64,000 bases of DNA from a virus (taxonomy: Duplodnaviria > Caudoviricetes): positions 1 through 64,000 of IMG/VR virus record IMGVR_UViG_3300043447_000250; one strand, 5' to 3'. The notes beneath the pieces were generated by a model. It saw only the letters and a program-made list of their open reading frames with translations, was not told where the DNA came from and searched no databases. Of the stretch, positions 11,501 to 21,512 are shown in pieces (position 1 is the stretch's first letter; each line of letters starts with the position of its first letter). The translations under genes and the position numbers were made by a program.

Positions 11501-14500
11501 TAAGATGAAACTTCTTATGGCCAATGGAACACTTACTCCAAATCAAGAAACAGCACTCCTAGATCTTTTTGAGGGTAACCTACCAATGCTTGAAACAACT
11601 CTAGACATCGGTACAAGACTTCATGGTGCATCTCAGACTGCAGAAATGATGATGCTGCTTAGTGGTTTTGGGGATAAAGAGTATGCCCAGCAAATAGCAC
11701 TAGAGATAACAACCAAGGATAATGACACATATAAGAAGTTAGTTGACATGCTTGGCCTTGCCCAAATGCTTGATGGCAGAGAAATCAACATGGAAGTTGT
11801 TCTCAAAGAGATGGGTGGAGTTGCAGGACTTGAGTTCTATATAAAGAAGTTTGATGACCTAGAAGCAAAAATAAAAGATCTTAATGGAAAGCCAGTAACA
11901 TTAGAAACGGTTGCTAAGTTTACAGATGAAACTGGTGTTGGAGTAGACGCAGGATTCATTGATTATATTAATAAAGAGTTCAAGGGCGATGCAAAACAAC
12001 AGACTAACGCCATTAGAACCTATACAACAATTTATCAGCAGTTAATGAGCATGGACTACACAAGTCCAGAAGCAAGAGAGTACTTTAAGTCTCAAGCGCA
12101 AACAAATGTGTTTGATAGATTAGCACAACTTCAAGCAACTGGCGGGGCACCAACAGGAGCAGAACTAACTACATGGATTAAGCAACAAACAGAACTTGAA
12201 ATTGATGCAATTATTACCAAGGTAAAGGTTGACCCAAAGGCGGTTGCTAGCCAAGAAGCAATAACAGTTATTGGACAAAAACCAGTAATTGATGCAAAGA
12301 CTCCTGGCGCAGGTGCAGGCGCTGGTGCAGGGTCAGGAACTAACCCTCTAGACTTCCTTGATGCATTAGCAATGCGTATCAAGATGGTAAGAGATCAAGC
12401 ATTTAATGCACGAAAGCCACTTGAGTCAATGGTCAAGGCCTTCACAAGTAAGGAAGCACAAAAAGATGTTGCTAACATGTTTAAGTTGTTTAAGGGTCTT
12501 CAACAACAACTTATTTCTTTACAGGCTCCAAAAGAATTTAGAGACTTTATCGCAGGTCTATCTGCAGAAGAGTTAGATAAGTTAAAAAACCTTAAGGGTA
12601 AAAAAGCATTATTTACATTTGGTAAAGACAAAAACGGTAAAATTGATAAAAACAATATTACTGGATTTACTCAAGCAGGACAAGCAGTTATGGCTGCATA
12701 CAGAGAAGCGCCTCTTAATGATTTTAACATAGCGCAGCAAGAGGCAATTCAAAATACAAATAATCAGTTTAAAGCATTTGCAAGATTAAAGGCCCAAGGT
12801 GTCGATACAGACAAGGCACTAGAAATGGTATCTGATTCAGCACTTGCTGCGTCACTTGCCTCAAAAGCACTGTCTGATACAGAACTAAAGAAGTACACCA
12901 CAGATATAAATACAGCAAACAGTGCACTTGAAAAGCAAGCAGTCATAACTGACCTTATTAAAAAGAATTCAGACTTCGAGTTTAAAACAGAGGCAATGCC
13001 TAAACTAGCATCTGCCATGAACATGGCAAGTTTCAGTGCTGATCAGATTAAGGCTGTCCTAAGTGATCCAAACCTTGCAAAGCAATTAATGGATGACTTG
13101 GCTGATGGCAAGGTTGATTCAAAAGCAATTTCAGAATACCTAAAGAGTATTGAGGATCAAAAAATTCTTGATCTACAGATTAGTTTTAATGCTGGAGACT
13201 TTGCTGCATCTGCTCGTCCTGGTATGGAACTTGTTAATAAGATGTTCTCTACACAAGAGCAACTAATTAGAACTGGAATTAATAAGGTATCAAATGGTAA
13301 TACTGAAGACGTTGTTGCTGAATTAAAATCTATCAAGGCACAAAATGAAAAGGATCAACTTGCAATTCAAAAAATTCAGGTAGAGACGCTAAAGCCACTA
13401 GAAAATAAAATAGCAGATGCTCAGAGATATTTGGAAACTCAGATCTCTAGAAAAATTGAAGAGTATCAAAAGCAAATCGACTCAGTTCAAAGAAGCATAG
13501 AGTTGGCATTCGAAAGACCAATTAAGGCAATTCAGGATAGAAATGCTCTGATCTCACACGACCTAGAGGTTATGTCCCATGCAGCAGAGCAGATTAATGA
13601 AAAGTATGACAAGCAGGTCGAAGCACTTGATGCTGTAGAAAAGGCAAATCAGAGAATTCTTCGCCAGCAACAACAACAACTAGGACTTGCGGATGCTCTT
13701 TCCTCTGGTGATATTGCAGCAGCAGCACGTGCTGCACAGGAAATGAGAGCAGCCAATGCAGATGATCTCGCCACAGCAACAAGAGATAGTTTAGATGCAG
13801 CAAGAAAGACAGAGATCGACTCACTTACTGGCGTATCTTCAGGGCTTACAAGAAAACAAATTGAAGAAGAGCAGTACCAAAATGCACAAAAGATTTATGC
13901 GTTAGAAAATACCGCCACCACAAACTATAATGGACAATTGCTTACAAGAGTTCAGTTGCTAGAAAGAGTTCAGGGAATTCAGGATGCTATCTATGCAAAA
14001 GAGCAAGAAAGACTAGCCAAGCAAGCAGAGATTACTTCACTTGAGGACCAGGTTTATAATGTTAATAAGGATCAGATTAAACCATTGCAGGATGCTATGG
14101 ATGTTAGAAATCTTGCTGCAGCCAATTACGAGGCAGACCTTCAGAGAGCAATTGACACTATTCAGGTTCTTGGACAGACAAAGGATGTTTGGGATGGAAT
14201 AACTGCAAAGATTGATGCTTCAGAGTTTGCGGGGCAAGAGTTTGATAAGACTATGGGTATCATGCTTGCTTCAGTAGATGCTATTGATGGCATATGGGAA
14301 GATGTTCTCTTTAAACTTAATAGTGTATCCGATGTTACACAAGAAATTTCAGATGCAAGTGCAGATATGTTTGCAACTGCAGGCGCCAATGACCTTGATG
14401 CTAGAGAACTTGCTGATAAGGCCCAAGCGGATTATGCAACTAAGTACGCTAACTATGAAACACAAAAGGCAGAATATGATAAAGATTTTGCATTAATGAA

Positions 14501-15956
14501 TAGCATAAAGGCATCAGGTGGTGGATTGGAAGGCGCTACTGCAATTGCAGGTTTTAATGCAAAATGGAAGAATGGCGCACCTGTTGCACCAACTCCACCT
14601 GAGCCATCAAGCGCAGCCGATAATCCAAATGTTTCATACAATAATCCATCAGTAAATAGTGCAGATAAGTATATTAGTGCAAATGCTAATAAGGCTGCTG
14701 CTAAGCCAGCAGGTGGAACTGGAGGTTCTGGAGGAGGTTCTGGCTCTGGCGGTAATTCAGGAACAAAAACAGACCCAACACCGACTCCAACAAAGCCAGG
14801 CGCAGTTACTGGTACAACTGGAACAGGCTCTGCAACAGTTTCTGCTTTAGCAGAAGATAAGATATTTGATGTTCGTGAGATAAAGAAGATCACAACTGGG
14901 GCAAATAGAGACTTTACTGCTGCAACTGCAGCGGGTCAGACAGCAGCAGTTAGTAAAATTCAAACAGATATCAGAAACATTCAACTTCAAATTGATAAAG
15001 ACTTCCCTAATAGATATTCTGCAACAGATCATATCAACGCTACACTAACAACAGCCGAAGCAGATAAAACTGAATATACTAGGATGCTTGCAAAGACTAC
15101 AGATGTAAAGCAAAAGGCTGAACTAAGAGTAGAACTAGACAAAATCATGGCACTAAAAGATGAAATGAGAAAATACTTTTATGGAAAAGATAGTACTGGG
15201 AAGGTCGTTAGATCTAGTGACACCGTAAAATCTGAAAAAATGGCTCAGGCGCAACTTGATGCGACAAAGCAAATGCCTGCTGAAGTTAAAGAACTACTCG
15301 ATATGCTTAAAAACAGATCAGAGACATTCAAGGCTGATAAGAAAGAATATGATGTAAAGCAAAAATCTTATAGGGCTAAGGCAAATGACCGTGGATATAC
15401 GCAAGACTTAGATAAGATCCCTATGGGTGATATCAAGAAGGATGACCCAGATACATATAAGGTTCTATTTCCACTATCTCAGGAGTACGCTAAAGCGAAA
15501 TCTACAATGGAGTGGAGAGAACTTGCAATGAATAAAGCAAGAACACTTCTTACAGATGCTGGGTATACAAAGGATAAGACTTCTTGGTATTTCGGTGATG
15601 ATACCACTTATATGACAAGAACAAATAATGGCTCTGACTATTCAAAATGGAAGGGGTATGCTACAGGAGGTCTTGTTTCATCTAGATTTGCACAAAAAGA
15701 ATTTAAGATGGGAACTGATACCGTACCTGCGATGCTTACCCCAGGAGAGTTTGTTATGACTAAGTATGCTGTTAAGAATACTGGAGTAGATAATTTAAGA
15801 GCAATAAATAACGGTGCATCAGTGGGAGATTCAGTGTATAATTATAACCTAAGCGTTAATGTAAGATCTGATGCTAATCCAGATGAAATTGCAAGAAGTG
15901 TTATGGCTCAGATTAAGCAGATTGATTCACAAAGAATTAGAGGGGTGAGGGTATAA
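5550..15956 (+). CDS. Tape measure protein (3468 aa)
   Basis: Very long Ala-rich helical ORF after the chaperones; TP901-type TMP core (GGINASEGANALKSGLASLINP); hydrophobic segments; C-terminal GTDTVPAMLTPGEFV motif; GTG start. Confidence 0.92.
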   Translation: MSDVNANIGIQFDTANALAQLRQLQAGLSKFNQSLTEGNVAAANAQKGLNAQLVQSINATGKFVASQKTIASSTASFTEALEKNKLSMSEYFRFTGAAATMNSKSLKGFFSKEKEILTRASKDRVKALQTQYIQLTNAQGDLVKVLQVVPKHLKMVNGEYADYATRTQMAAQRQQFLNQLIKQGSTQLLNFGKNTQWAGRQLMVGFTIPLTMLGSAASKVFREMEMAVVGFTRVYGDMTTGMADTEKAVASIQQLAKEFTKFGIAATDTVNMAAKAAAMGLTGSALTAQVTAATKLAVLGQVEQQQALETTISLQNAFGISADQLAQKINFLNAVENQTVLSIEDLTIAIPKAGPVIKQLGGDVEDLAFFMTAMKEGGINASEGANALKSGLASLINPSKKASEVLAGFGINVKGIVDANAGDLKATVVGFARALDTLDPLNRARAIETMFGKFQFARLSTLFQNITKDSSQAARALGLAGASVEELAILSERELGKVENAVGVKFQKQLENVKLQLIPIGKAFLEAITPVVQFAGKILEKFNNLSAGTKKFVVGFIAILGGIAPVALMTVGLVANGVANLIKFFGMLRGGMAKLNGQNNVLGGGFDYLTQAEIDNLAQSQALHTSHQDLISTFNVEKASVDALAVAYQNAASQARALASGSPGLFNAVPGAQGAVSGLPKYAGGKKSDVVSVGGTGNQDTELALLTPGETVVSAPMSKKYGSLINAMIDDNVPGYKRSKRAKEVVDPLLNGKSPQSLQDIIDTLEVRRGVNIAEQPTSGAVQGGTFLDAAFSVDAMMAPGNTASGPGMDMGWLAESDEATASIVSALKVGQMRVEGASVSQENYAKFWADLTPELDELAGIFQSQARGAKDVDDAGKKAYPLIVQRIQEMEESGRLSAEDAAKLQLRTRALLAPTPEDRLAKRNRRFELAVDPETGGEKVKKVSWDGRATDEGPTYSSEPFQQAFPMELEKRGIPLPANYDKYQFAHVADRLEGETTTRPVTLRKYRDATGGTPGEVELARRAAAGEEIRPGDTVSSKEELDSWVREKIDLESQNELADAVDQQIENAKTKAKVKSPSERTRELGKNIADGLKVGMEEGEAGVRAQSDKLTDAAIPSAAQTQAKVDRMDLGNKAFYDDLKTPDTQDQRQVLKSIDRQNRKLGVGRNVVVPQDPVSGNVSPSSANISVTNNKTIINQAAEVAAKAQVDASNAEKVAADLRIKAAKWSEVAARESGKNAYTADNAKELEKRASQAEQRAAELRIKAAEEQARAASIAREDGSDGSIEAEVAKEKANEAEKKAAEARIKAAEAEQKAAEERKLRAEQGLETAEDPVKITESIKKEEELVANGTQEKGDLLRRSVAGSEDVADSTVLVADQTSDLADATQEALNTQLESNDNLVTSAELTDVTAANLGDVLQATDQTGLAQQDLAESSNEIAKTNDDILKLKQEQRDKLKKYNAEAAARAAAEGAIPEASQTNGKTGVPSTVLSSTDAYEEAMGWLPGTHGPDDPGSDGYTKDKKGRLLFDPETGQPTTLKEKALKQKARGLRREKVSKFSGKVSGGLGTAAMVSGMVGAPPQVTAALGGAATVAQFAPMIAGLGPIGMAVAGVAAVGVGLYAFNKHLQGSQDAQAKFVRETSASTKKMAEIGAITGKVGASEIMAKRRATGTSKDYIARERQGSQFGDTFLQSDVGKNMSKILQKNIEKSGAKEAVKVFGAELAAYVQDGVLTAEQAQSIAQQIGINFKDTKLGINVDAEISALIGPNGEDLKKDPIVVATRLVTTAENRSQRSLANMKAAQADGHWGSTEAADLAATDAAAVQMAQMQADAVAKKFDDEIRALETQLAQTKNKEKQVKLEKELSELKTKANTAEIQMNNLVADSVDNAVNRFKDNIQYETTYIDGLTLGLSKLWGGGNQREAGYMRGLSGAVTDKYANTEQATMAQTVQDRLAKYSDGGAFLGLGTDNYTEAGFAGGKEAQNFEVKMKLLMANGTLTPNQETALLDLFEGNLPMLETTLDIGTRLHGASQTAEMMMLLSGFGDKEYAQQIALEITTKDNDTYKKLVDMLGLAQMLDGREINMEVVLKEMGGVAGLEFYIKKFDDLEAKIKDLNGKPVTLETVAKFTDETGVGVDAGFIDYINKEFKGDAKQQTNAIRTYTTIYQQLMSMDYTSPEAREYFKSQAQTNVFDRLAQLQATGGAPTGAELTTWIKQQTELEIDAIITKVKVDPKAVASQEAITVIGQKPVIDAKTPGAGAGAGAGSGTNPLDFLDALAMRIKMVRDQAFNARKPLESMVKAFTSKEAQKDVANMFKLFKGLQQQLISLQAPKEFRDFIAGLSAEELDKLKNLKGKKALFTFGKDKNGKIDKNNITGFTQAGQAVMAAYREAPLNDFNIAQQEAIQNTNNQFKAFARLKAQGVDTDKALEMVSDSALAASLASKALSDTELKKYTTDINTANSALEKQAVITDLIKKNSDFEFKTEAMPKLASAMNMASFSADQIKAVLSDPNLAKQLMDDLADGKVDSKAISEYLKSIEDQKILDLQISFNAGDFAASARPGMELVNKMFSTQEQLIRTGINKVSNGNTEDVVAELKSIKAQNEKDQLAIQKIQVETLKPLENKIADAQRYLETQISRKIEEYQKQIDSVQRSIELAFERPIKAIQDRNALISHDLEVMSHAAEQINEKYDKQVEALDAVEKANQRILRQQQQQLGLADALSSGDIAAAARAAQEMRAANADDLATATRDSLDAARKTEIDSLTGVSSGLTRKQIEEEQYQNAQKIYALENTATTNYNGQLLTRVQLLERVQGIQDAIYAKEQERLAKQAEITSLEDQVYNVNKDQIKPLQDAMDVRNLAAANYEADLQRAIDTIQVLGQTKDVWDGITAKIDASEFAGQEFDKTMGIMLASVDAIDGIWEDVLFKLNSVSDVTQEISDASADMFATAGANDLDARELADKAQADYATKYANYETQKAEYDKDFALMNSIKASGGGLEGATAIAGFNAKWKNGAPVAPTPPEPSSAADNPNVSYNNPSVNSADKYISANANKAAAKPAGGTGGSGGGSGSGGNSGTKTDPTPTPTKPGAVTGTTGTGSATVSALAEDKIFDVREIKKITTGANRDFTAATAAGQTAAVSKIQTDIRNIQLQIDKDFPNRYSATDHINATLTTAEADKTEYTRMLAKTTDVKQKAELRVELDKIMALKDEMRKYFYGKDSTGKVVRSSDTVKSEKMAQAQLDATKQMPAEVKELLDMLKNRSETFKADKKEYDVKQKSYRAKANDRGYTQDLDKIPMGDIKKDDPDTYKVLFPLSQEYAKAKSTMEWRELAMNKARTLLTDAGYTKDKTSWYFGDDTTYMTRTNNGSDYSKWKGYATGGLVSSRFAQKEFKMGTDTVPAMLTPGEFVMTKYAVKNTGVDNLRAINNGASVGDSVYNYNLSVNVRSDANPDEIARSVMAQIKQIDSQRIRGVRV

Positions 15957-16669
15957 TGGCAAGCGCAGAATATATTGTTGGCAGAAAACGGTATTCAAGA
16001 CCACAGGCTATGCTTTGGTCAGATAACCCTGGCACCCTTACTGAAAGTGGCTTATACGTCCCCACAGGCAGTGAGGTGGGGGCAAATCCTACCAACTCTA
16101 CAGACGTAGATGCGTTCCTAGTCCTATCTGATCACGGAAGAGGCGAAATCAGCATGGTTCCAGAGCGAATCGAAAAAAGAGAAAGAATGATTAATGGTCG
16201 TATGAGATCTTATCATATTGCTGATAAATTAAAGATTGATTTGTCTTGGGATATGCTACCATCTAGATCTTATAATGGAAATCCAATTTTTGATGTAACA
16301 GGGTTAAGCGCAGGATCTTCAGCAATGAAGAATACTAGTGGCGAGTACACAGTAGACGGTGGAGCAGGCGGAGTCGAACTTCTTGACTGGTATGAAAAGC
16401 ACAAGGGGCCATTCTGGGTTTTCTTAGCATATGACAAATACAATAATTTTACATCTACAAATGAATCATCTAGATATAGCCACCTGCTACAATACAATCA
16501 GATTATTGAGGTATATTTTTCTAAGTTCGATTACTCAATTGTTAAAAGAGGTCAACCTTTTGTGTCTGGGTACGAACTAAATGATAATGATGAGCCAGAC
16601 TATACAAGGCCAATTCGATCAGGTGGGCATGATTTTTGGAATGTGTCTATATCCTTGGAAGAGGTATAA
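15956..16669 (+). CDS. Minor tail protein (distal-tail-like)
   Basis: Directly after the TMP; ERIEKRERMINGRMRSYHIADKLKIDLSW pattern. Confidence 0.65.
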   Translation: MASAEYIVGRKRYSRPQAMLWSDNPGTLTESGLYVPTGSEVGANPTNSTDVDAFLVLSDHGRGEISMVPERIEKRERMINGRMRSYHIADKLKIDLSWDMLPSRSYNGNPIFDVTGLSAGSSAMKNTSGEYTVDGGAGGVELLDWYEKHKGPFWVFLAYDKYNNFTSTNESSRYSHLLQYNQIIEVYFSKFDYSIVKRGQPFVSGYELNDNDEPDYTRPIRSGGHDFWNVSISLEEV

Positions 16670-19600
16670 TGTTTTTTAATGAAGAACTTCAGGCACATTT
16701 AGAAGAGTCATCAACAATTAAAACTCAGTCCGTAGTTATTGCTGAGTGGAATATGAATATCCCAACTAACATTTCTAAGATTGGTAATTATAGGTACAGA
16801 CCAAATACTGCAGACTCTATATATAAAAGATTACCAGCGACATTTGATATAAATGATGATGGAAATTATTACACCAACGCAACAGATGCAGATGTAAAAA
16901 TTGATGGAGGTGTCGATGATGATGGCATTCCAACTACACTAAAGAGTGTAAAAGAGAAAACAAGGTTGCTGTATTCTTTAGAGGACTGCTTTAAGCAATT
17001 TAGACCACGCTCTGGAATCAACAAAGCAAGAAATTTTCCTGGTACATATTTGCATCATGCTAACATAGATATGGCTAGCAGACCAAGATACTACATGGCT
17101 GATAAGAATGATGGATTTAAATATTGGACATCATTTAGAACTGAAGATGGTTTAGAGTATGGAGTTGCAAACAAAGTAGTTAATGGACAAATAGCCCTAG
17201 AAGATGCAGCACCATTTGTTGTTTATACAGACCCAATTCCAGCAAATAGACTTGTCGTCAAGATGCAAACACATATTGGGACTGTAGATCTTGGTAGCAT
17301 GACTTATGATTCTAAAGTAATCTCAGACCCACTATTTGGAAATTCTAACAAATCAACACCAGTAAAGTGGAAGATTCAGTATCTTAGTGGTACAAGTTGG
17401 CTAGATGCAATCTCATTTGACTCATCTTCTGTTAGAAGAGATGGTTCCCCCATCATTGGTTCTGATGGATACGTTGAGTTATCTTACGGGCTAAAGGTTC
17501 CAGATAAGTATAGAAACACATTTACTTTTGCAGACACAGTTCCATCTGAATCTTTGTTACCAAAAAATAATATTCAGGGGTATGCGTATCTTGTTTTGCC
17601 ATCAGAAAATGTTCCTGGAACATACCATATCTGGCATGACAATAAATATGAGACATTTTCACCAGAGTACGGATGGCAGTTGTTAGATCAAGAAGTTAAC
17701 AGGCTAACTAACTTTGTTACAGACTTGACCTCCCCATCAACATTTCGACAGTTAGATAATGGTACATATAAGTATAGAGAGTTTGAATACATTCGTGGCG
17801 TTAGGGTTGTTGTTGATTCAATGACAAAGAATGATGCAACTTTTGACTTGATTGAAATATCTCCAAGACTTACTGTTGACCTAACAGATAAAGTAACTGA
17901 ATACTCAATAACAAAAAGTGCTTCAGATCTTGGCGTGAGTGGAATGCCAGTTGGACAACTATTAGCATCAACTGGAAATGTAACCATCTTTGATCATGAT
18001 GATTCATTTAGTCCAAATAATACAAATAGTATTATTCAGAATTATATTTCTAGACATATTCAATTTAAGTTTTATGAAGCAATTCTAGATGTCTCTGGGT
18101 ATGATTATTATATTCCAATCAAAACGCTATACTCAGAAAACTTTCCAAAAATATCAAATTCATCTAGAACGGTTAGCCTAGAATTAAGAGACCTTTTCTT
18201 TTACCTAGAGTCCACTCTTGCACCACAACTACTTCTAACTGACACATCTACAAGTTCAGCCGTAGCACTGCTCCTTGATAGTGTTGGTTTTGCAAACTAT
18301 ACATTTAGAAGAGTAGAGGATGAGCCAGAGGTAACAATTCCATATTTCTTTATCCCACCAGACACAAGCGTAGCACAGATACTTCAGCAAATTGCGGTTT
18401 CTACACAAACAGCAATGTTCTTTGATGAATATAATAATTTTGTAACAATGAGCAAAAACTATATGATGCCATCAGAGTCAGAAAGAGAAACAGACACCAC
18501 TCTGATTGGAACTATTGACTATGCAAAAGATGGGGCAATTAAAAATAAACATACAAATACCAAACTTTCAAACATCATTGAACTGACTGATCAAAGTTCT
18601 CAGGTGTATAACGATGGATCGATTAACTATACCTCTAGATATATTCAGAAGACAGTTGGTTCTATTAAGCAAGCAAGCATGATTGATATTGACAAGGCAT
18701 GGGTTTATAAGCCAGTTCTATTGTGGGAAGTTGCTGGCACAGAAAATACTAAGTCAATGAATAACGAGGTTGGTAATCAGTCCTCCTATGTTCTTGGCGC
18801 AATTGCTTTGAATTCAGAACTAACAAAGACAGAGCCAAAGGTTGTTAACAATCAGGTAGTAAATAATACTATTGATTTCGGAGAGTCCGTTTACTGGATG
18901 ACTAGGTACAATGGTTACTTTTATGCAAACGGAGAAGTTATTAAGTTTGATGCAGTTCAGTATAATGTTCCTGGCTATGGCAATGTTTGGATCAGCGATG
19001 TTCAAGAGTATCAGAATTATTTTTCTAAGTTAAAATTTGGTGGAAAGATTTACCCAACAGGCCTTGTAAGAATCTATTCAGAACCAAATTACATCGAGTC
19101 TGGTGGAGTGCTCAAACTTAAAAACGGTCCTGTTGCCAAGCATGGAAGAGGTCAGTTTGGAACACCAATTGTAAATCATCCTGCTGGACTATCTGCAAGT
19201 TGGACGGACAACTCTAATGTAAGAGGATGTACGATGTTTGGAGATCGACTATTTACAACAATGGCTACAACCTTACCAGAAAGCACTGAAGGTCTTTCAG
19301 TTCCATCAGCAAATGAAGTCGGAGCAGGTAAAACAGCATTTTTAAATGTAGGATCGTTGCCAGAAAAAGATCCACTGACTAGCGATATTTTAGCAAGGCA
19401 GTCAACACGTAATGGAGTAATTAAAAACTTCATGTCTTCAACGCAGGTAGACCAGTCTATAGTGAATACAATTCAGAACACACAGGCTGGAACAGTTCAA
19501 TCATCTGCATTAGTTATTAATGGTCCAGCACTCACTACTTTCCCAAAGCCAAGAGATTTTATTTCATATGTGTATAAGCCACTATCTGATAAGTATAAGC

Positions 19601-21018
19601 ATTTTGGAACAAGAATGAGAATCATTGGCAGAATTGATAGCAGTGATCAGAAGGGGCAGACAGCAACTGGAAGCGATATCTATTACACTCTTCCTGGATC
19701 AACTCCAGATCAGTTTATAAGTATTACTGGTGGTTCTGGCGGTTTAGCAGTTATGGTTAATCCAGACACAAATGTTGGTTACTACTTTGAACTTGCAGCA
19801 CTAGGCATATCAACATCTCCAAAATCTACTAAACCACAAAATGTAAATAATGCTTTCTTTTATAAAATAATGAAAGATGAAAATGGAAATGGTGTTCCAG
19901 TAAAACTTTGGGAGGGCCTTGGAAATATTGTCGTAGATGATGGAAACTTTGTAGGCCAGTATAGAGTTACAGCGGAGCAAAATCCAACGGTATACGATCT
20001 GTCAGTAGAGTACCAGGAGATTGGTAGCATAAGAAGATTTTATCTATATATAAACAATACATTGGTAAAGACAGTAGATGATGCTAACCCACTACCTGCA
20101 TATAACAATATGGCAATGTTTGTTAGAGGCTCTGCGAAGGTTATGTTTGAAAATATATATGCATTAACAAACAATTATTCTCAAAACACCTCGTACGCCC
20201 TAGATACTCCAGTCGCATCCATCTTTGATGCGTCTGAGATTAATGCAAATGATTCATTTAGAAAATATGCAATGAGTGGAATGATTCAGGGCACATATTT
20301 ATCTGGTATTGGATCAGCAGAGCCACCAAAGTACAAACTGTATTTTGATGAGTTTGGTACAATTATGAGAGAAGCAGCAGCGTTTAATATCAGATATGAT
20401 AAGGCCTACCCAGCACTATACGCTAAACTATCTCCTACCTTTAATAGTATAAAGGGGTACACAGTTTCTGGGTTTAGGGCTGGTTCCTATGGTGCAGAGT
20501 TTATGGTTTTTAATGCAACTGATACGGCACTTAGCCTAGATGAGCAGTCTGGAAACTATCTTAGAATACAGGGTGTTACCTTTACACAGGCTTCTCAAGG
20601 TGTCTTAAAGGTTGATGACTATTTTTCAAAATATTCAAGTATGTCAGATCCAACAATTGAAAATAACACAGTTGCTATATCCCCTTTTAAGGTTTCAAAA
20701 GATTATGAAGATATCAAGTTAAGCAGAATGACATACGGCAAAAAGGATTTCTCCCTTGATGTTCCGTATGTTCAATCACAAGATGATGCAACAAACTTAA
20801 TGAAGTGGATAATCTCAAAGGTAATGAAGCCAAGAAAGTCTATGGGTGTTAAGGTATTCTCTATGCCAACTATTCAACTTGGAGATATAGTCAAGGTTGA
20901 CTATGTTGAAAATGGTGTTGATAAGGGTGGGCAGGGTAGATATGTTGTATATAATATTCAGTATTCAAGAACCAGTGCAGGACCAGATATGACTTTATTC
21001 TTAAGTGAGGTGATTTAA
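16669..21018 (+). CDS. Large tail-tip/hub protein
   Basis: About 1450 aa, follows the Dit-like gene; C-terminal PTIQLGDIVKV...YVVYNIQYS hub-type motif; ATG 16669 is coupled to the previous stop. Confidence 0.7.
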   Translation: MFFNEELQAHLEESSTIKTQSVVIAEWNMNIPTNISKIGNYRYRPNTADSIYKRLPATFDINDDGNYYTNATDADVKIDGGVDDDGIPTTLKSVKEKTRLLYSLEDCFKQFRPRSGINKARNFPGTYLHHANIDMASRPRYYMADKNDGFKYWTSFRTEDGLEYGVANKVVNGQIALEDAAPFVVYTDPIPANRLVVKMQTHIGTVDLGSMTYDSKVISDPLFGNSNKSTPVKWKIQYLSGTSWLDAISFDSSSVRRDGSPIIGSDGYVELSYGLKVPDKYRNTFTFADTVPSESLLPKNNIQGYAYLVLPSENVPGTYHIWHDNKYETFSPEYGWQLLDQEVNRLTNFVTDLTSPSTFRQLDNGTYKYREFEYIRGVRVVVDSMTKNDATFDLIEISPRLTVDLTDKVTEYSITKSASDLGVSGMPVGQLLASTGNVTIFDHDDSFSPNNTNSIIQNYISRHIQFKFYEAILDVSGYDYYIPIKTLYSENFPKISNSSRTVSLELRDLFFYLESTLAPQLLLTDTSTSSAVALLLDSVGFANYTFRRVEDEPEVTIPYFFIPPDTSVAQILQQIAVSTQTAMFFDEYNNFVTMSKNYMMPSESERETDTTLIGTIDYAKDGAIKNKHTNTKLSNIIELTDQSSQVYNDGSINYTSRYIQKTVGSIKQASMIDIDKAWVYKPVLLWEVAGTENTKSMNNEVGNQSSYVLGAIALNSELTKTEPKVVNNQVVNNTIDFGESVYWMTRYNGYFYANGEVIKFDAVQYNVPGYGNVWISDVQEYQNYFSKLKFGGKIYPTGLVRIYSEPNYIESGGVLKLKNGPVAKHGRGQFGTPIVNHPAGLSASWTDNSNVRGCTMFGDRLFTTMATTLPESTEGLSVPSANEVGAGKTAFLNVGSLPEKDPLTSDILARQSTRNGVIKNFMSSTQVDQSIVNTIQNTQAGTVQSSALVINGPALTTFPKPRDFISYVYKPLSDKYKHFGTRMRIIGRIDSSDQKGQTATGSDIYYTLPGSTPDQFISITGGSGGLAVMVNPDTNVGYYFELAALGISTSPKSTKPQNVNNAFFYKIMKDENGNGVPVKLWEGLGNIVVDDGNFVGQYRVTAEQNPTVYDLSVEYQEIGSIRRFYLYINNTLVKTVDDANPLPAYNNMAMFVRGSAKVMFENIYALTNNYSQNTSYALDTPVASIFDASEINANDSFRKYAMSGMIQGTYLSGIGSAEPPKYKLYFDEFGTIMREAAAFNIRYDKAYPALYAKLSPTFNSIKGYTVSGFRAGSYGAEFMVFNATDTALSLDEQSGNYLRIQGVTFTQASQGVLKVDDYFSKYSSMSDPTIENNTVAISPFKVSKDYEDIKLSRMTYGKKDFSLDVPYVQSQDDATNLMKWIISKVMKPRKSMGVKVFSMPTIQLGDIVKVDYVENGVDKGGQGRYVVYNIQYSRTSAGPDMTLFLSEVI

Positions 21019-21512
21019 TGGCAACAGATGCAACAGCAGACACACCAACTAGTACCAGTAGCACTATTACTGATGGTGTTAAGATTGCTACTCCAGATTT
21101 ATTTATTTTTAAAGATGAGGTAGTCCCTATAGAAACAATGACAGATCTAATATTTGAAGATATTGGTGGTCATGAACTTATTACTATTTCTAGAAATGAT
21201 ATTATTGCTGGACAGAATATCTCTTATCAGCCAATTAAAAATTTGTCAAATTTATACTTGCAATATAATCCACAAAATATTGTTGCCCTGCAGGATACAT
21301 CAGATACATTTTTTAAGAACTACACGATTAAGTTTGAGTCTTCTATCCCAGAATCTGGAACTGGACCAAATGGTGAGATAGTCTATATAGATCCAGACTC
21401 AGGCGATCTTGTGATCAATGTTACTAATCTAGACTCGTATGAGCAGGTAGAGGTTCAGGTTCTAACTGGGTGGACAAGATTTAATGATACAATATATGAG
21501 GTGAATAATTAA
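21018..21512 (+). CDS. Minor tail protein (hypothetical)
   Basis: Translationally coupled within the tail operon. Confidence 0.55.
   Translation: MATDATADTPTSTSSTITDGVKIATPDLFIFKDEVVPIETMTDLIFEDIGGHELITISRNDIIAGQNISYQPIKNLSNLYLQYNPQNIVALQDTSDTFFKNYTIKFESSIPESGTGPNGEIVYIDPDSGDLVINVTNLDSYEQVEVQVLTGWTRFNDTIYEVNN

Noticed and set aside
542-15032. Numerous antisense and alternate-frame ORFs over structural genes and the TMP
   Set aside because: Shadow ORFs from GCA/ACA-rich codon bias; no SD or motifs; fully nested in stronger genes
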